A DNA stretch of 35,025 bases from Sphingobacteriales bacterium (GTDB taxonomy: Bacteria; Bacteroidota; Bacteroidia; Chitinophagales; JAYVJZ01), in NCBI GenBank assembly GCA_043768865.1, contig JAYVJZ010000065.1, forward strand, positions 1 through 35,025, written 5' to 3'. A model generated the notes under the pieces. That model searched no databases. It was not told the origin of the DNA and saw only the letters and a list, made by a program, of their open reading frames with translations. This document shows, piece after piece, positions 17,755-26,585 of the stretch (positions within the stretch are counted from its first letter, which is position 1; each line of letters opens with the position of its first letter). The position numbers and the translations under genes were made by a program.

Positions 17755-18236
17755 AATCTTCAAAGTACTGCTTCAAACACTACAGCTGCATATGTTTGCA
17801 CAGCTCCTTTTTAAGTAGTTTATTTTAATAAAAAATGTAATTAATAAAAAGTAAGGTAGCTAGGCTTACAATACGTAATTTTATTAAAGCACTAGTAGCC
17901 GGTGCTTACCACTCAAAATTAATATTTTTTTTAACATTTTTATTGGTAATAAAAGCAGCTCATTATTCAATTTTTTTTAACTCAAACGCAACTGTTGTGC
18001 AACGTTTGTATGCGTAACTGATGTTACAAATAGGCTACAACAGAGTTCTTCAAAAATGTACAATGTCTATGAAAATAAAAGAATAAAAATCAAGTAGTTA
18101 TTTTCATTTTAGAATCTCCAAAGTGCAGCTGACATCTACTTATGTATGACCCTATGTGTTGCTTGCAAAGCACTAGTAGTGATACTTCAGCAAACCGTTA
18201 GGTGCGTGAAGTGCTCAGGTGGCGTTCATTTTTTTT
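17755..18236 (+). repeat. Two degenerate direct-repeat units with the same motif order, each ending in a T8 run
   Basis: Unit 1 has aatcttcaaagt (17755), cagctgcatatgt, aaagcactagtag (17886-17898) and T8 (17925-17932). Unit 2 has aatctccaaagt (18113), cagctgacat..tatgt, aaagcactagtag (18167-18179) and T8 (18229-18236). Confidence 0.35.
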
Positions 18237-18416
18237 GTTATTTTATTTTCTTTTGTTAGGTTATTTTATGCAAGTTATAACCTTTATTTGTAGCACAATA
18301 AATGATAAAATAAATAGCGAGTTTCGGCAGCCTGTCCGTTCAACTACTGATGTTATTAATACGTACCAAACCATCGGCGAGGGCACGCCTAAGCTGCATC
18401 AATAAAAATTGGCGCT

Positions 18417-19241
18417 TTATTTTTTTGAGGTAATGCTATTACGTAAGCCGCTCCAGTTGCTGATTGTAGCCCGTATGCGTCCTACCACTATCGGTGCTTC
18501 TATCAAAACGGGTACTTGATTTTTGTCATCAGTTGCCCATACTAGCACCTCTTCGTCGCCCTCGAATATAGTTCCTTTTACAAGGTTCGCTCTGAACTTG
18601 TTGCAGCGCAATGTACCCAATTTTGTTTTTATAGTTTCTTTACCTAGATAGTTTAAGTTGATTTCGTATTGATCGCCGTCGATGAATATCGTCAAGGGTA
18701 TGCGGTCGCCAGCTTTTTTAGTTGTGAAATCTATATTGCGACAGCGATAAATGGCGCTTAATACATCTTGCACACATTGATTCACATTATATTTTTTGTT
18801 GGTGATTTTGGTCTCCCCGTTTGTAACACTTTTTACAATCATAGCATGGTTGTTAGGGTTGTCAAATGTGTATTCTTGCATTATTTTGTAGCCTCCTTCG
18901 TTGATGTTACGTTTGAACCGCAACGGCAAGCCGGTGGCTTGATCTACCCAACTTTCATAGGTGTCATTCACCTTATAAAACCATTCGTAGGACGAAACAG
19001 TTTTGCCTACTCCAACTATATGATATGACATGTCGTCGTTGTACTCTCGCTCCGTAACCGTAAAATTCACATTACCTGCGTGAGCATTCATTAGTCCTAA
19101 TTTAAAAAAAACTTGAAACGAAATACTCTCGCCCGATTGATAATTCGTATTGTCTTCTACACACAAGCCGTCGTTTTGAGCAGTTGTTTTGTCAGGCGCT
19201 GCAAGCATTAGCAACCCACACAACCAAAATAATTTTTTCAT
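18417..19241 (-). CDS. Secreted DUF3108-like protein
   Basis: It has a signal peptide (MKKLFWLCGLLMLAAP). GESISFQVFFKLGLMNAHAGNVNFTV resembles the DUF3108 N-terminal pattern. The family assignment is from memory only. Confidence 0.45.
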   Translation of the reverse strand: MKKLFWLCGLLMLAAPDKTTAQNDGLCVEDNTNYQSGESISFQVFFKLGLMNAHAGNVNFTVTEREYNDDMSYHIVGVGKTVSSYEWFYKVNDTYESWVDQATGLPLRFKRNINEGGYKIMQEYTFDNPNNHAMIVKSVTNGETKITNKKYNVNQCVQDVLSAIYRCRNIDFTTKKAGDRIPLTIFIDGDQYEINLNYLGKETIKTKLGTLRCNKFRANLVKGTIFEGDEEVLVWATDDKNQVPVLIEAPIVVGRIRATISNWSGLRNSITSKK

Positions 19242-20275
19242 AAAATTGGAATTAATTTTTTTTTGTTGAATCTAAAAAACCAGAATAGTATTATTCCTAA
19301 AATAGAAGGAAGCATCAAATTGAATAACCACAACATGCTCGTTGCGAATACTAAAATATCGGCGTGAGCAATAGTTTTGTTCCAAACCAACACGGCTATA
19401 CTGCCTCTTACTCCCAATTCGGCGATTGCAAATGACGGCACACAAGCTTGTATTATAAATTGCAACATCATGAGCATAAACCCAATTACTATATTGAATT
19501 TAACTTGACAGCAGGTGAGCAGTGTGGCGTATTGTAGGTAGGTTATCATGAATTTAATAATTGATAAAAACAACAAATATGCCAATTGTTTTTTTGGTGC
19601 TGTTGAAAATACTATAATGCAATTGCGCCAGCGTTTTGGGGCATTGTTTACGATTCTTTTTCTTATAAAATATCCTGTTTTGAAGTATATAAAAAGTACT
19701 AAACCGATAGCTACTAGTGCAGTTGATAGTAGCAAAATAGTAAGGTAGAATGTGATTGAAATAAAACATAAAACATAAGTAACACCTCCTAAAATTCCTA
19801 ATATCAAGAGCGATGCAAATTGACTGTAGCTGCATAATAAACTCAACGAAACGCCATTCCACTTTTCGGTTTTTTGTAAATACAACACACGCCCGGCGTA
19901 ATCGCCTATTCTGTTGGGGGTGAACATGCTGAACGTATAACCAAGCAGCACAGACGACACAGCACTTTTCCAACTTAGTATTTCTTTATCTTTTAAAACT
20001 GTTTTCCACTTCAATGCCTCAATGCTGACAATAGTTAGGGTGCCTAATCCTAAAAAAACAAGTACAAAATAGTTACTAAAAATAAGTGAATAGTAAGTGA
20101 TTAGGCTTTCGTAAAAGTGCGTAGAAAATATATTTTTATATAGGTAATAAAATAAAAAAACAGTTACACAAATTTTGATAAACCAAACAAAAAATCGAAA
20201 GCGAAAAATTTGATTTAGCAGTGTCAAAACAAAAAATTGGTTTATTATTGTGTAAAAATAAGCATCGTGCCTCAA
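19238..20275 (-). CDS. Polytopic membrane protein, lysylphosphatidylglycerol-synthase-TM / flippase-like (UPF0104) family
   Basis: It has many hydrophobic helices and a PNRIGDYAGRVLYL motif. It starts with TTG and has a 4-nt overlap with the downstream DUF3108-like gene. Confidence 0.45.
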   Translation of the reverse strand: MRHDAYFYTIINQFFVLTLLNQIFRFRFFVWFIKICVTVFLFYYLYKNIFSTHFYESLITYYSLIFSNYFVLVFLGLGTLTIVSIEALKWKTVLKDKEILSWKSAVSSVLLGYTFSMFTPNRIGDYAGRVLYLQKTEKWNGVSLSLLCSYSQFASLLILGILGGVTYVLCFISITFYLTILLLSTALVAIGLVLFIYFKTGYFIRKRIVNNAPKRWRNCIIVFSTAPKKQLAYLLFLSIIKFMITYLQYATLLTCCQVKFNIVIGFMLMMLQFIIQACVPSFAIAELGVRGSIAVLVWNKTIAHADILVFATSMLWLFNLMLPSILGIILFWFFRFNKKKLIPIL

Positions 20276-20836
20276 CCAACCACTATTACAAGAAAAATAT
20301 TAGGCATCGACCCGGGTACCAACATCATGGGATATGGAGTTATTGAAAGCACAACGTTGTCTCAAACCCTTATCACGGCAGGCGTTGTTCATTTAGATAA
20401 GATTGGCGATACCTACGAAAAGTTAAAAAAGATTCATGAAAAAATTACATTTTTAATTCATACGTATCAACCCACTGAGATGGCTATAGAAGCTCCTTTT
20501 TTTGGTAAAAACGTTCAAAGTATGTTGAAGCTAGGCAGGGCTCAAGGAGTGGCTATTAGTGTGGCTATGACCTTGGGTTTGGAGGTGGTTGAGTATGCTC
20601 CACGCAAGATTAAAATGTCGATTACAGGCAATGGAAATGCGAGTAAAGAGCAAGTTGCGGCATTGGTGATAAAGTATTTGAACATTGAAACTATGCCGAG
20701 TTATTTGGATACGACCGATGCTCTCGCAGTAGGGCTTTGCCATGCGTATCAACATAAATTAGGGGGTGATAAAAAATCGGGTGCTTCCACGTGGGCTAAG
20801 TTTATAAAAGAACAACCTAGCAGAATAAAAAAATAG
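20267..20836 (+). CDS. ruvC: Crossover junction endodeoxyribonuclease RuvC
   Basis: ILGIDPGTNIMGYGVIE, EMAIEAPFFGKNVQS, LGRAQGVA and DTTDALAVGLCHA are present. The start is uncertain: GTG at 20267 is preferred, and the ORF track uses TTG at 20237. Confidence 0.85.
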   Translation: MPQPTTITRKILGIDPGTNIMGYGVIESTTLSQTLITAGVVHLDKIGDTYEKLKKIHEKITFLIHTYQPTEMAIEAPFFGKNVQSMLKLGRAQGVAISVAMTLGLEVVEYAPRKIKMSITGNGNASKEQVAALVIKYLNIETMPSYLDTTDALAVGLCHAYQHKLGGDKKSGASTWAKFIKEQPSRIKK

Positions 20837-20849
20837 TTGTATTGTGATG

Positions 20850-21830
20850 TTATTTTGCAAATGCGATCATTTCATCGACGCTAACTGTTGCTACGCCTGC
20901 TTTGCAGCATACTATCGCTGCGGCTATATTGGCTAAAGTTGCTATCTGTAGGCAGTCGGCGTTGGCTAACAGCGCAAGGGTGGCTACGCTTATTACTGTA
21001 TCGCCGGCGCCACTCACATCGCTCACAGTGCTTGCTAATGCGGACGTGAGGTGCGATTTGACCTCCTCATTTAGGTTTGCGTGTATATATATTCCGTTTT
21101 CAGACAGCGTAAAAATCGAATATTTATGTGGCATTATTGATTTTAGTTTTTCGGCTGCCAGCTGCAGTGCCTCTTGGTTCTTGCTATCGATAGTGATGCA
21201 CAGACCTCGCTCTAGTTCACTAAGATTAGGCTTGAATAGAGTAACATTCTTATATTCAAAAAAATTAGTATGCTTCGGATCCGCCGTTGTTATTACGTTG
21301 TTTTTATTTGCTAATTCAATAATTTTATGGATAAGATTTGCCGTCAGCACACCTTTGTTGTAATCCTGAAACACAATAGCATCAATAGTTTGCGTTGCTA
21401 TGAGCTGTTCAATGTTGGCATATATTTTATTTGTATCCTCCTCATCTATTTCACTCAGCGTTTCATCATCGATGCGATATTGTTGCTTGTTTTGATACAT
21501 CAGTCTTGTTTTGACGGTGGTCTTGCGGGTACTATTTTTAAATAAATAATCCACTATCAACCCCTGCTCGTTCATATTAGTTTCTAATAACACACCATTC
21601 GCATCGGTGCCAATTATTGAAATCAAAAGTGGCATCGCCCCAAGTGCTTTAAGATTAAGTGCAACATTGGCCGCACCACCAAGATTATAATTCGTCGATT
21701 GTACGTCAAGCACAGGCACGGCAGCCTCAGGAGACATTCGTTTGACCTCTCCATGTATGTAAGAATCAATCATTACATCACCAACAACTATTATTTTTTT
21801 GTTTAAAAACTGATTAAGCAATGCTTTCAT
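20850..21830 (-). CDS. PfkB-family sugar kinase, HldE/RfaE domain I-like (D-glycero-beta-D-manno-heptose-7-phosphate kinase type)
   Basis: KIIVVGDVMIDSYIHGEVKRMSPEAAVPVL, NLGGAANVALNL and a C-terminal GAGDT motif are present. Confidence 0.7.
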   Translation of the reverse strand: MKALLNQFLNKKIIVVGDVMIDSYIHGEVKRMSPEAAVPVLDVQSTNYNLGGAANVALNLKALGAMPLLISIIGTDANGVLLETNMNEQGLIVDYLFKNSTRKTTVKTRLMYQNKQQYRIDDETLSEIDEEDTNKIYANIEQLIATQTIDAIVFQDYNKGVLTANLIHKIIELANKNNVITTADPKHTNFFEYKNVTLFKPNLSELERGLCITIDSKNQEALQLAAEKLKSIMPHKYSIFTLSENGIYIHANLNEEVKSHLTSALASTVSDVSGAGDTVISVATLALLANADCLQIATLANIAAAIVCCKAGVATVSVDEMIAFAK

Positions 21831-23025
21831 GCTCAGGTAATGTTAGTGCTTGTAGGGCAATATCGATTCGATTAAATGCCTCTTTCAACTTCTCCTCGTT
21901 AGTGGCATAAGAGATACGTATGCAATTGTCATTACCAAATGCTTTGCCGGAAACTAAGGCTACATTGGCGTTTTCTAAAATATAAAGTACGAGATCGGTG
22001 CTGTCTTTTATTATTTTATTTTGATAAATTGAATTGAAATAATAGCTTACATCAGGGAAAAAATAAAATGCACCATCTGGATCATTATAGCGGAGGCCTG
22101 GTATATTTTTTAAACGACTTTCAACGTATTTTTTTCTTTTTTTAAACTCCTCTACCATCGAGGTTATGGAACTATCGAAAGTACTCATAGCGGCTATGGT
22201 AGCGCGTTGTGTAATGCTACAAGTGGCCGATGTGAACTGACCTTGTATCTTAGAACACGCCCTTGCGATGTCGATAGGAGCAGCGATGTATCCTAGTCGC
22301 CAGCCCGTCATTGCAAAGCCTTTGCTGAGGCCATTCACAATTACTACTCTATCTTTCAATTGGCTAAAAGCCGCAATTGACGAATGTTTGCCTACGTAGT
22401 TGATGTATTCGTATATCTCATCTGAGATAATAATTATGTTTGGGTATTTTTCAAAAACAGCTACTAAATCTGCTAATTCTTCGTGTGAGTATATTGCTCC
22501 GCTTGGGTTGCAGGGTGTTGAAAATATAAAAAGTTTTGATTTGGGAGTAATAGCGGCTTCTAGTTGCGTTGCCGTTATTTTATATCCACTTTCTAATTGC
22601 GTTGGTATCACAACACTCACTCCACCTGCTAACTGCACTTGAGCCAAGTAGCTAATCCAATAAGGTGCAGGTATGATGGCCTCGTCGCCTTCGTCAAGCA
22701 AGCTCAACACTACGTTGGCTATGCTTTGTTTTGCTCCCGTGCTTAAAATTATTTGTTCAAAAGTGTAATCCAAATCGTTGTCTCTTTTTAGCTTTTTGAT
22801 GATACTCTCACGCACATCGACATACCCACCTACGGGTGTATAGTGCGTGTATCCCTCATCAATAGCCAATTTAGCTGCATCTCTTATGTGAATTGGTGTA
22901 TCAAAATCTGGTTCGCCTAAACTTAAATCTACTACATCGATGCCACGTGAACGCATCTCACGGCAGGTTGCAGCCATCAGCAATGTCTCTGATTCTATTA
23001 AATTTTGTATTCTATTTGAAATCAT
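21814..23025 (-). CDS. PLP-dependent aminotransferase, class I (aspartate aminotransferase type)
   Basis: LSLGEPDFDTP, NPSG and the SKGFAMTGWRLGY PLP-lysine motif are present. It overlaps the downstream kinase by 17 nt. Confidence 0.85.
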   Translation of the reverse strand: MISNRIQNLIESETLLMAATCREMRSRGIDVVDLSLGEPDFDTPIHIRDAAKLAIDEGYTHYTPVGGYVDVRESIIKKLKRDNDLDYTFEQIILSTGAKQSIANVVLSLLDEGDEAIIPAPYWISYLAQVQLAGGVSVVIPTQLESGYKITATQLEAAITPKSKLFIFSTPCNPSGAIYSHEELADLVAVFEKYPNIIIISDEIYEYINYVGKHSSIAAFSQLKDRVVIVNGLSKGFAMTGWRLGYIAAPIDIARACSKIQGQFTSATCSITQRATIAAMSTFDSSITSMVEEFKKRKKYVESRLKNIPGLRYNDPDGAFYFFPDVSYYFNSIYQNKIIKDSTDLVLYILENANVALVSGKAFGNDNCIRISYATNEEKLKEAFNRIDIALQALTLPEHESIA

Positions 23026-23170
23026 TCGTTTTGCTTTAATAATAATTTTATATAAAAAATCAATTTATTTACTTGGGCAAATATAGTTTATTCAATTAAA
23101 AAAATAGGGAAATATAATACTATCGGCGAGTAAGTATTTTTCTTAAATAATGGGTAATATCTTCTATTTG

Positions 23171-24196
23171 TTATATTTTTTTACCTAACATACGTTGCCA
23201 TAGGTCGATTAGGGCAGGTTTGAATTGTATGTCTTTCTCGCTTGGTTCTTGCCATCCGAGTTGCCATTTTTTTGTTGAATCTTGATACAATTTATAATAA
23301 AATATGAATGTTTCGGCATCAGTGCTCGCTTGTAAATTGGTTCTCCCAAATTTTATATTATAGTAGTCTAGCGTATCGCCACGTTGTTTCAAAAAATAAT
23401 GCGGACCGCTAAACCATTGCATAAGAGGTAAGTCTGTGGCGGTTTTGAACGAATCGAGTAATTGTAGATTGCGTTTGTACATATAAAATCGGATAGTGTC
23501 TTTGGGCTGCAATAGGGAATATTCACCCACGTAAATAGCTGTGTCGTTGCTGGTAATTCCATACCAAAGTATGTTATTCAATATGGTTGGGTTTGTTATT
23601 GTATTTTTATATGGAATGTGTTGGCTTTTGCAAATTTTTTCAAATTTATAATTAACAATAGTTTTATTGATAAATGTAACTCCCAAATACAACATTGCAT
23701 AAACCAAGCAGATAGTGATTGTGTTGCTGCGTTTAGTTGAATTGTTTTTAAATAGCATGGCTAGTATCAATGCTATAAGTAGCGGCAAAGTGTAAAACAA
23801 ATCAACAATAGCTATAGAATTCACTGAATAAGGCAGACTGTTGAAGGGTAACAAAAGCCGTGTGCCATAGTTGGTGCAGGTGTCGAGGAGGGAGTGTCCC
23901 CACATACAGAGTAGCCAAAGTAAATACCAAGTTTTGTAGTTGATTTGTTTTTTGAAAATCAAATAGCAGATATATGCCAAAGGCAGTGCCATCAGTACTT
24001 GAACAGGCATTGAGTGGGTGTAGCCCCTATGCACACATAGATATTTTTGTGGATCTGATTGACCTGCAAAGAATACATCAAAATCAGGGAATGTTTTCGC
24101 TAAAGCCCCAATAAGAGCTGCTTTTCGGCCAATCTTTTGTCCTAGCATCTTATCGCCTATAGCTGCACCGAGTAGTATGTGTGTAAGAGAATCCAC
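23171..24196 (-). CDS. Membrane-bound metal-dependent hydrolase (YbcI/YdjM, DUF457 family) with a C-terminal extension
   Basis: DSLTHILLGAAIG lies at the N-terminus and there are several His-containing TM helices (HRGYTHS, WGHSLLD). I prefer GTG at 24196 (MDSLTH). This removes the overlap implied by the ORF-track start at 24265. Confidence 0.55.
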   Translation of the reverse strand: MDSLTHILLGAAIGDKMLGQKIGRKAALIGALAKTFPDFDVFFAGQSDPQKYLCVHRGYTHSMPVQVLMALPLAYICYLIFKKQINYKTWYLLWLLCMWGHSLLDTCTNYGTRLLLPFNSLPYSVNSIAIVDLFYTLPLLIALILAMLFKNNSTKRSNTITICLVYAMLYLGVTFINKTIVNYKFEKICKSQHIPYKNTITNPTILNNILWYGITSNDTAIYVGEYSLLQPKDTIRFYMYKRNLQLLDSFKTATDLPLMQWFSGPHYFLKQRGDTLDYYNIKFGRTNLQASTDAETFIFYYKLYQDSTKKWQLGWQEPSEKDIQFKPALIDLWQRMLGKKI

Positions 24197-24237
24197 AATG
24201 AAATTATTAGTAAAGAGCGTTATTAAGGGGAACGGTT

Positions 24238-24645
24238 TTAAAAGGTTCGATTCGCCGTTACCCAATTTTTAATAAAATCTGCTGCATCTTTTGTATTTGT
24301 TCCTGGCAAGAAAAGCTTGCCAACCCCCATGTCGAGTAGTGTCTGCTCATCGTCATTGGGTATGATACCCCCGCCGGTTAATAAAACATCGTTCATTTCG
24401 TTGGCTTTCATCAAGTCAATAATTTTTTTGAATACAGAAAGATGTGCACCTGACAATATACTCACACCTATCGCATCTACATCTTCCTGCAATGCAGCTT
24501 TGACGACCATGTCAGGGGTTTGACGGAGCCCCGTGTATATAACTTCCATGCCCTCATTTCGCAATGAAGTGGCTATTACTTTTGCACCACGGTCGTGTCC
24601 ATCTAGCCCCACTTTCGCAATCAATATTCTAATAGGTCGTTGCAT
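24238..24645 (-). CDS. Cobalamin (B12)-binding domain protein, methylmalonyl-CoA-mutase C-terminal-domain type, stand-alone
   Basis: [21 protein letters not shown] contains the DxHxxG B12-binding motif. [14 protein letters not shown] and GGGIIP are also present. The protein is 135 aa. Confidence 0.85.
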   Translation of the reverse strand: MQRPIRILIAKVGLDGHDRGAKVIATSLRNEGMEVIYTGLRQTPDMVVKAALQEDVDAIGVSILSGAHLSVFKKIIDLMKANEMNDVLLTGGGIIPNDDEQTLLDMGVGKLFLPGTNTKDAADFIKNWVTANRTF

Positions 24646-24725
24646 AATTTAGTAACTATTCAGTTTATATTTGTAGAGATTTATATTACAAAAATACATT
24701 TAAAAAACTATAATTTTTCTAATTT

Positions 24726-25310
24726 ATGATTATAAAAGCCAATAACATTAAAAACCTCACTGATGCTCGATTTTTTGCTGCTCAACCGATGTGTAAATGG
24801 CTAACTTTTCATATTGAAAAATTAGATGATTTAGTAGTCGCTCAAGAACTAGAAAGTTGGATAACAGGGCCGCTATTGAGTGCTTATATGCCCAATGCCG
24901 AGCTTACGCAGTTGTATCATGCTTTCGCTGCACTTCATTTAACCGCATTAGACATGAACAGTGGGGTGTATAGAAATTGTAAAGATGAGTTGGAGGTGCC
25001 GGTATTGCTGCGTTTACATTACAGTTCTAGCATTAGTTATCATTATTACTTAGATAAAATAGATAAAATAAAGGCTATCGTTTTGGAAGTGGACGATATA
25101 TCAAACGTCAGTTCTACGCATTTGAAAAGCCTTTGCGATCAATATCCGACGATACTTAAATCTAATTTTTCTACAGACTCATTAGATGCTATGTTATCGG
25201 TGGTAACACCTTATGGCATTGAGTTAGACGGTAATGATGAAACGTCTAAGGGCGAAAAATCATTTGACCTTACTCAAGATCTTGTCGATGTGTTAGAAAA
25301 ACATCAATAG
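24726..25310 (+). CDS. Hypothetical protein with weak resemblance to phosphoribosylanthranilate isomerase (TrpF-like TIM barrel)
   Basis: The N-terminus IKANNIKNLTDARFFAA and the C-terminus PYGIELDGNDETSKGEKSFD loosely follow the TrpF ends (K.CG.t...DA...; G.DvsSG.E...G.Kd). The protein is highly divergent. Confidence 0.3.
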   Translation: MIIKANNIKNLTDARFFAAQPMCKWLTFHIEKLDDLVVAQELESWITGPLLSAYMPNAELTQLYHAFAALHLTALDMNSGVYRNCKDELEVPVLLRLHYSSSISYHYYLDKIDKIKAIVLEVDDISNVSSTHLKSLCDQYPTILKSNFSTDSLDAMLSVVTPYGIELDGNDETSKGEKSFDLTQDLVDVLEKHQ

Positions 25311-26428
25311 GTAATGATTTGTTGTTCTATCGATTGAGGAATGTCTCTCCACTCATATTGTTGTGTTCGCAATTGAGGTTTGAAACCCGCTTCTCTGATT
25401 GCGTCTTGTATTCCGTTACTTGTAAATCGATGTGGCGCACCTGCTACGCTTACCACATTTTCTTCTATCATAATACTACCAAAATCGTTAGCACCGGCAT
25501 GTAAGCATACTTGAGCAACGTTTTTGCCGACTGTCAGCCACGATGCTTGTATATTTATGATGTTAGGCAACATGATTCTACTTAGTGCAATTGTGCGTAT
25601 ATATTCGTCGCCTGTAACGTTGTTTTTTATACCTCTCAATCGAGCGAGGAGAGTACCTTCGTCCTGAAAAGGCCAGGGTATAAATGCGAGAAATCCCTTT
25701 GCGTGTTTGGGCTTTTGTGTTTGTACATCACGCAACGCAATCAGGTGTTCATACCGCTCTTGCAGCGTCTCCACATGCCCAAACATCATAGTTGCAGAAG
25801 TGGTGATATCCAATTGATGTGCTGCTTTCATTACTTCTAACCATTCGCCACCTGTACATTTCCCCTTAGAAATAAGACGTCGCACTCGGTCGCTCAATAT
25901 CTCTGCACCTGCACCGGGCAGGCTATCGAGCCCAGCTTTTTTTAATTTTTCTAACACCTCAGTATGTGTCGATTTTTCTAATTTAGTAATGTGAGCTATC
26001 TCGGGTGGGCCGAGTGCATGTAGTTTTAAGTTGGGATATAGCTCTTTAAGTTTTGAAAATAAATCAACATAAAACTGCAAACCCAAATCAGGATGGTGTC
26101 CACCTTGCAACAATAACTGTTCACCACCCAAGCGAAATGTTTCTTCTATTTTTATTTTGTATTCGTCTATTGACGTGATGTAAGCCTCAGCATGATTGGG
26201 TTTTCTAAAAAAATTACAAAACTTGCAATTAGCTATACAAACATTAGTGGTGTTCACATTTCTATCTATAATCCAACTGACGATAGTGTCGGGTTTGTGT
26301 TTTAGGCGCATCGCATGTGCAGTCATCATTAGCTCGGTAGTGCTTGCATTGTGATGTAAGTATAGCCCTTCTTCTAGGGTAAGAAAATCAAATTGGTAGG
26401 CTCGCTCGAGTAGTGTATTTATTTTCAT
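25304..26428 (-). CDS. Radical SAM enzyme of the CofH/MqnC/MqnE family (futalosine-route menaquinone biosynthesis)
   Basis: The CIANCKFCNF radical-SAM cluster motif is present, followed by LLLQGGHHPD, GLDSLPGAGAEIL, ATMMFGHVE and FIPWPFQ. I cannot separate MqnC from MqnE by eye. Confidence 0.75.
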   Translation of the reverse strand: MKINTLLERAYQFDFLTLEEGLYLHHNASTTELMMTAHAMRLKHKPDTIVSWIIDRNVNTTNVCIANCKFCNFFRKPNHAEAYITSIDEYKIKIEETFRLGGEQLLLQGGHHPDLGLQFYVDLFSKLKELYPNLKLHALGPPEIAHITKLEKSTHTEVLEKLKKAGLDSLPGAGAEILSDRVRRLISKGKCTGGEWLEVMKAAHQLDITTSATMMFGHVETLQERYEHLIALRDVQTQKPKHAKGFLAFIPWPFQDEGTLLARLRGIKNNVTGDEYIRTIALSRIMLPNIINIQASWLTVGKNVAQVCLHAGANDFGSIMIEENVVSVAGAPHRFTSNGIQDAIREAGFKPQLRTQQYEWRDIPQSIEQQIITY

Positions 26429-26585
26429 TGTTTTAATTTATTAAATAGTAAATCAGCAACTTTACAAAAGTAGTTTAGTTGAAACACTTCTTTGAATAAT
26501 ACCCTCATTATTATTAAATTTATTGATAATTATAATTTATATTAGCAAAAATATTTTCTTAATTCGCCCCTAATTATTACAAAAA

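Noticed and set aside
18381-18398. A sigma-54-like -24/-12 element (GGCAC...CTGCA) near the sigma-54 regulator
   Set aside because: The spacing between GG and GC is two nucleotides too long for TGGCAC-N5-TTGC. It points at the 3' end of a convergent gene, with no downstream target.
18202-18405. A 67-aa plus-strand ORF in the large intergenic region, with an internal ATG giving 45 aa
   Set aside because: The N-terminus is translated from a T-rich tract (FFLLFYFLLLGYF). I recognise no motif, and it starts inside the hairpin/T8 element. It is more likely non-coding, although a micro-protein cannot be excluded without ribosome profiling.
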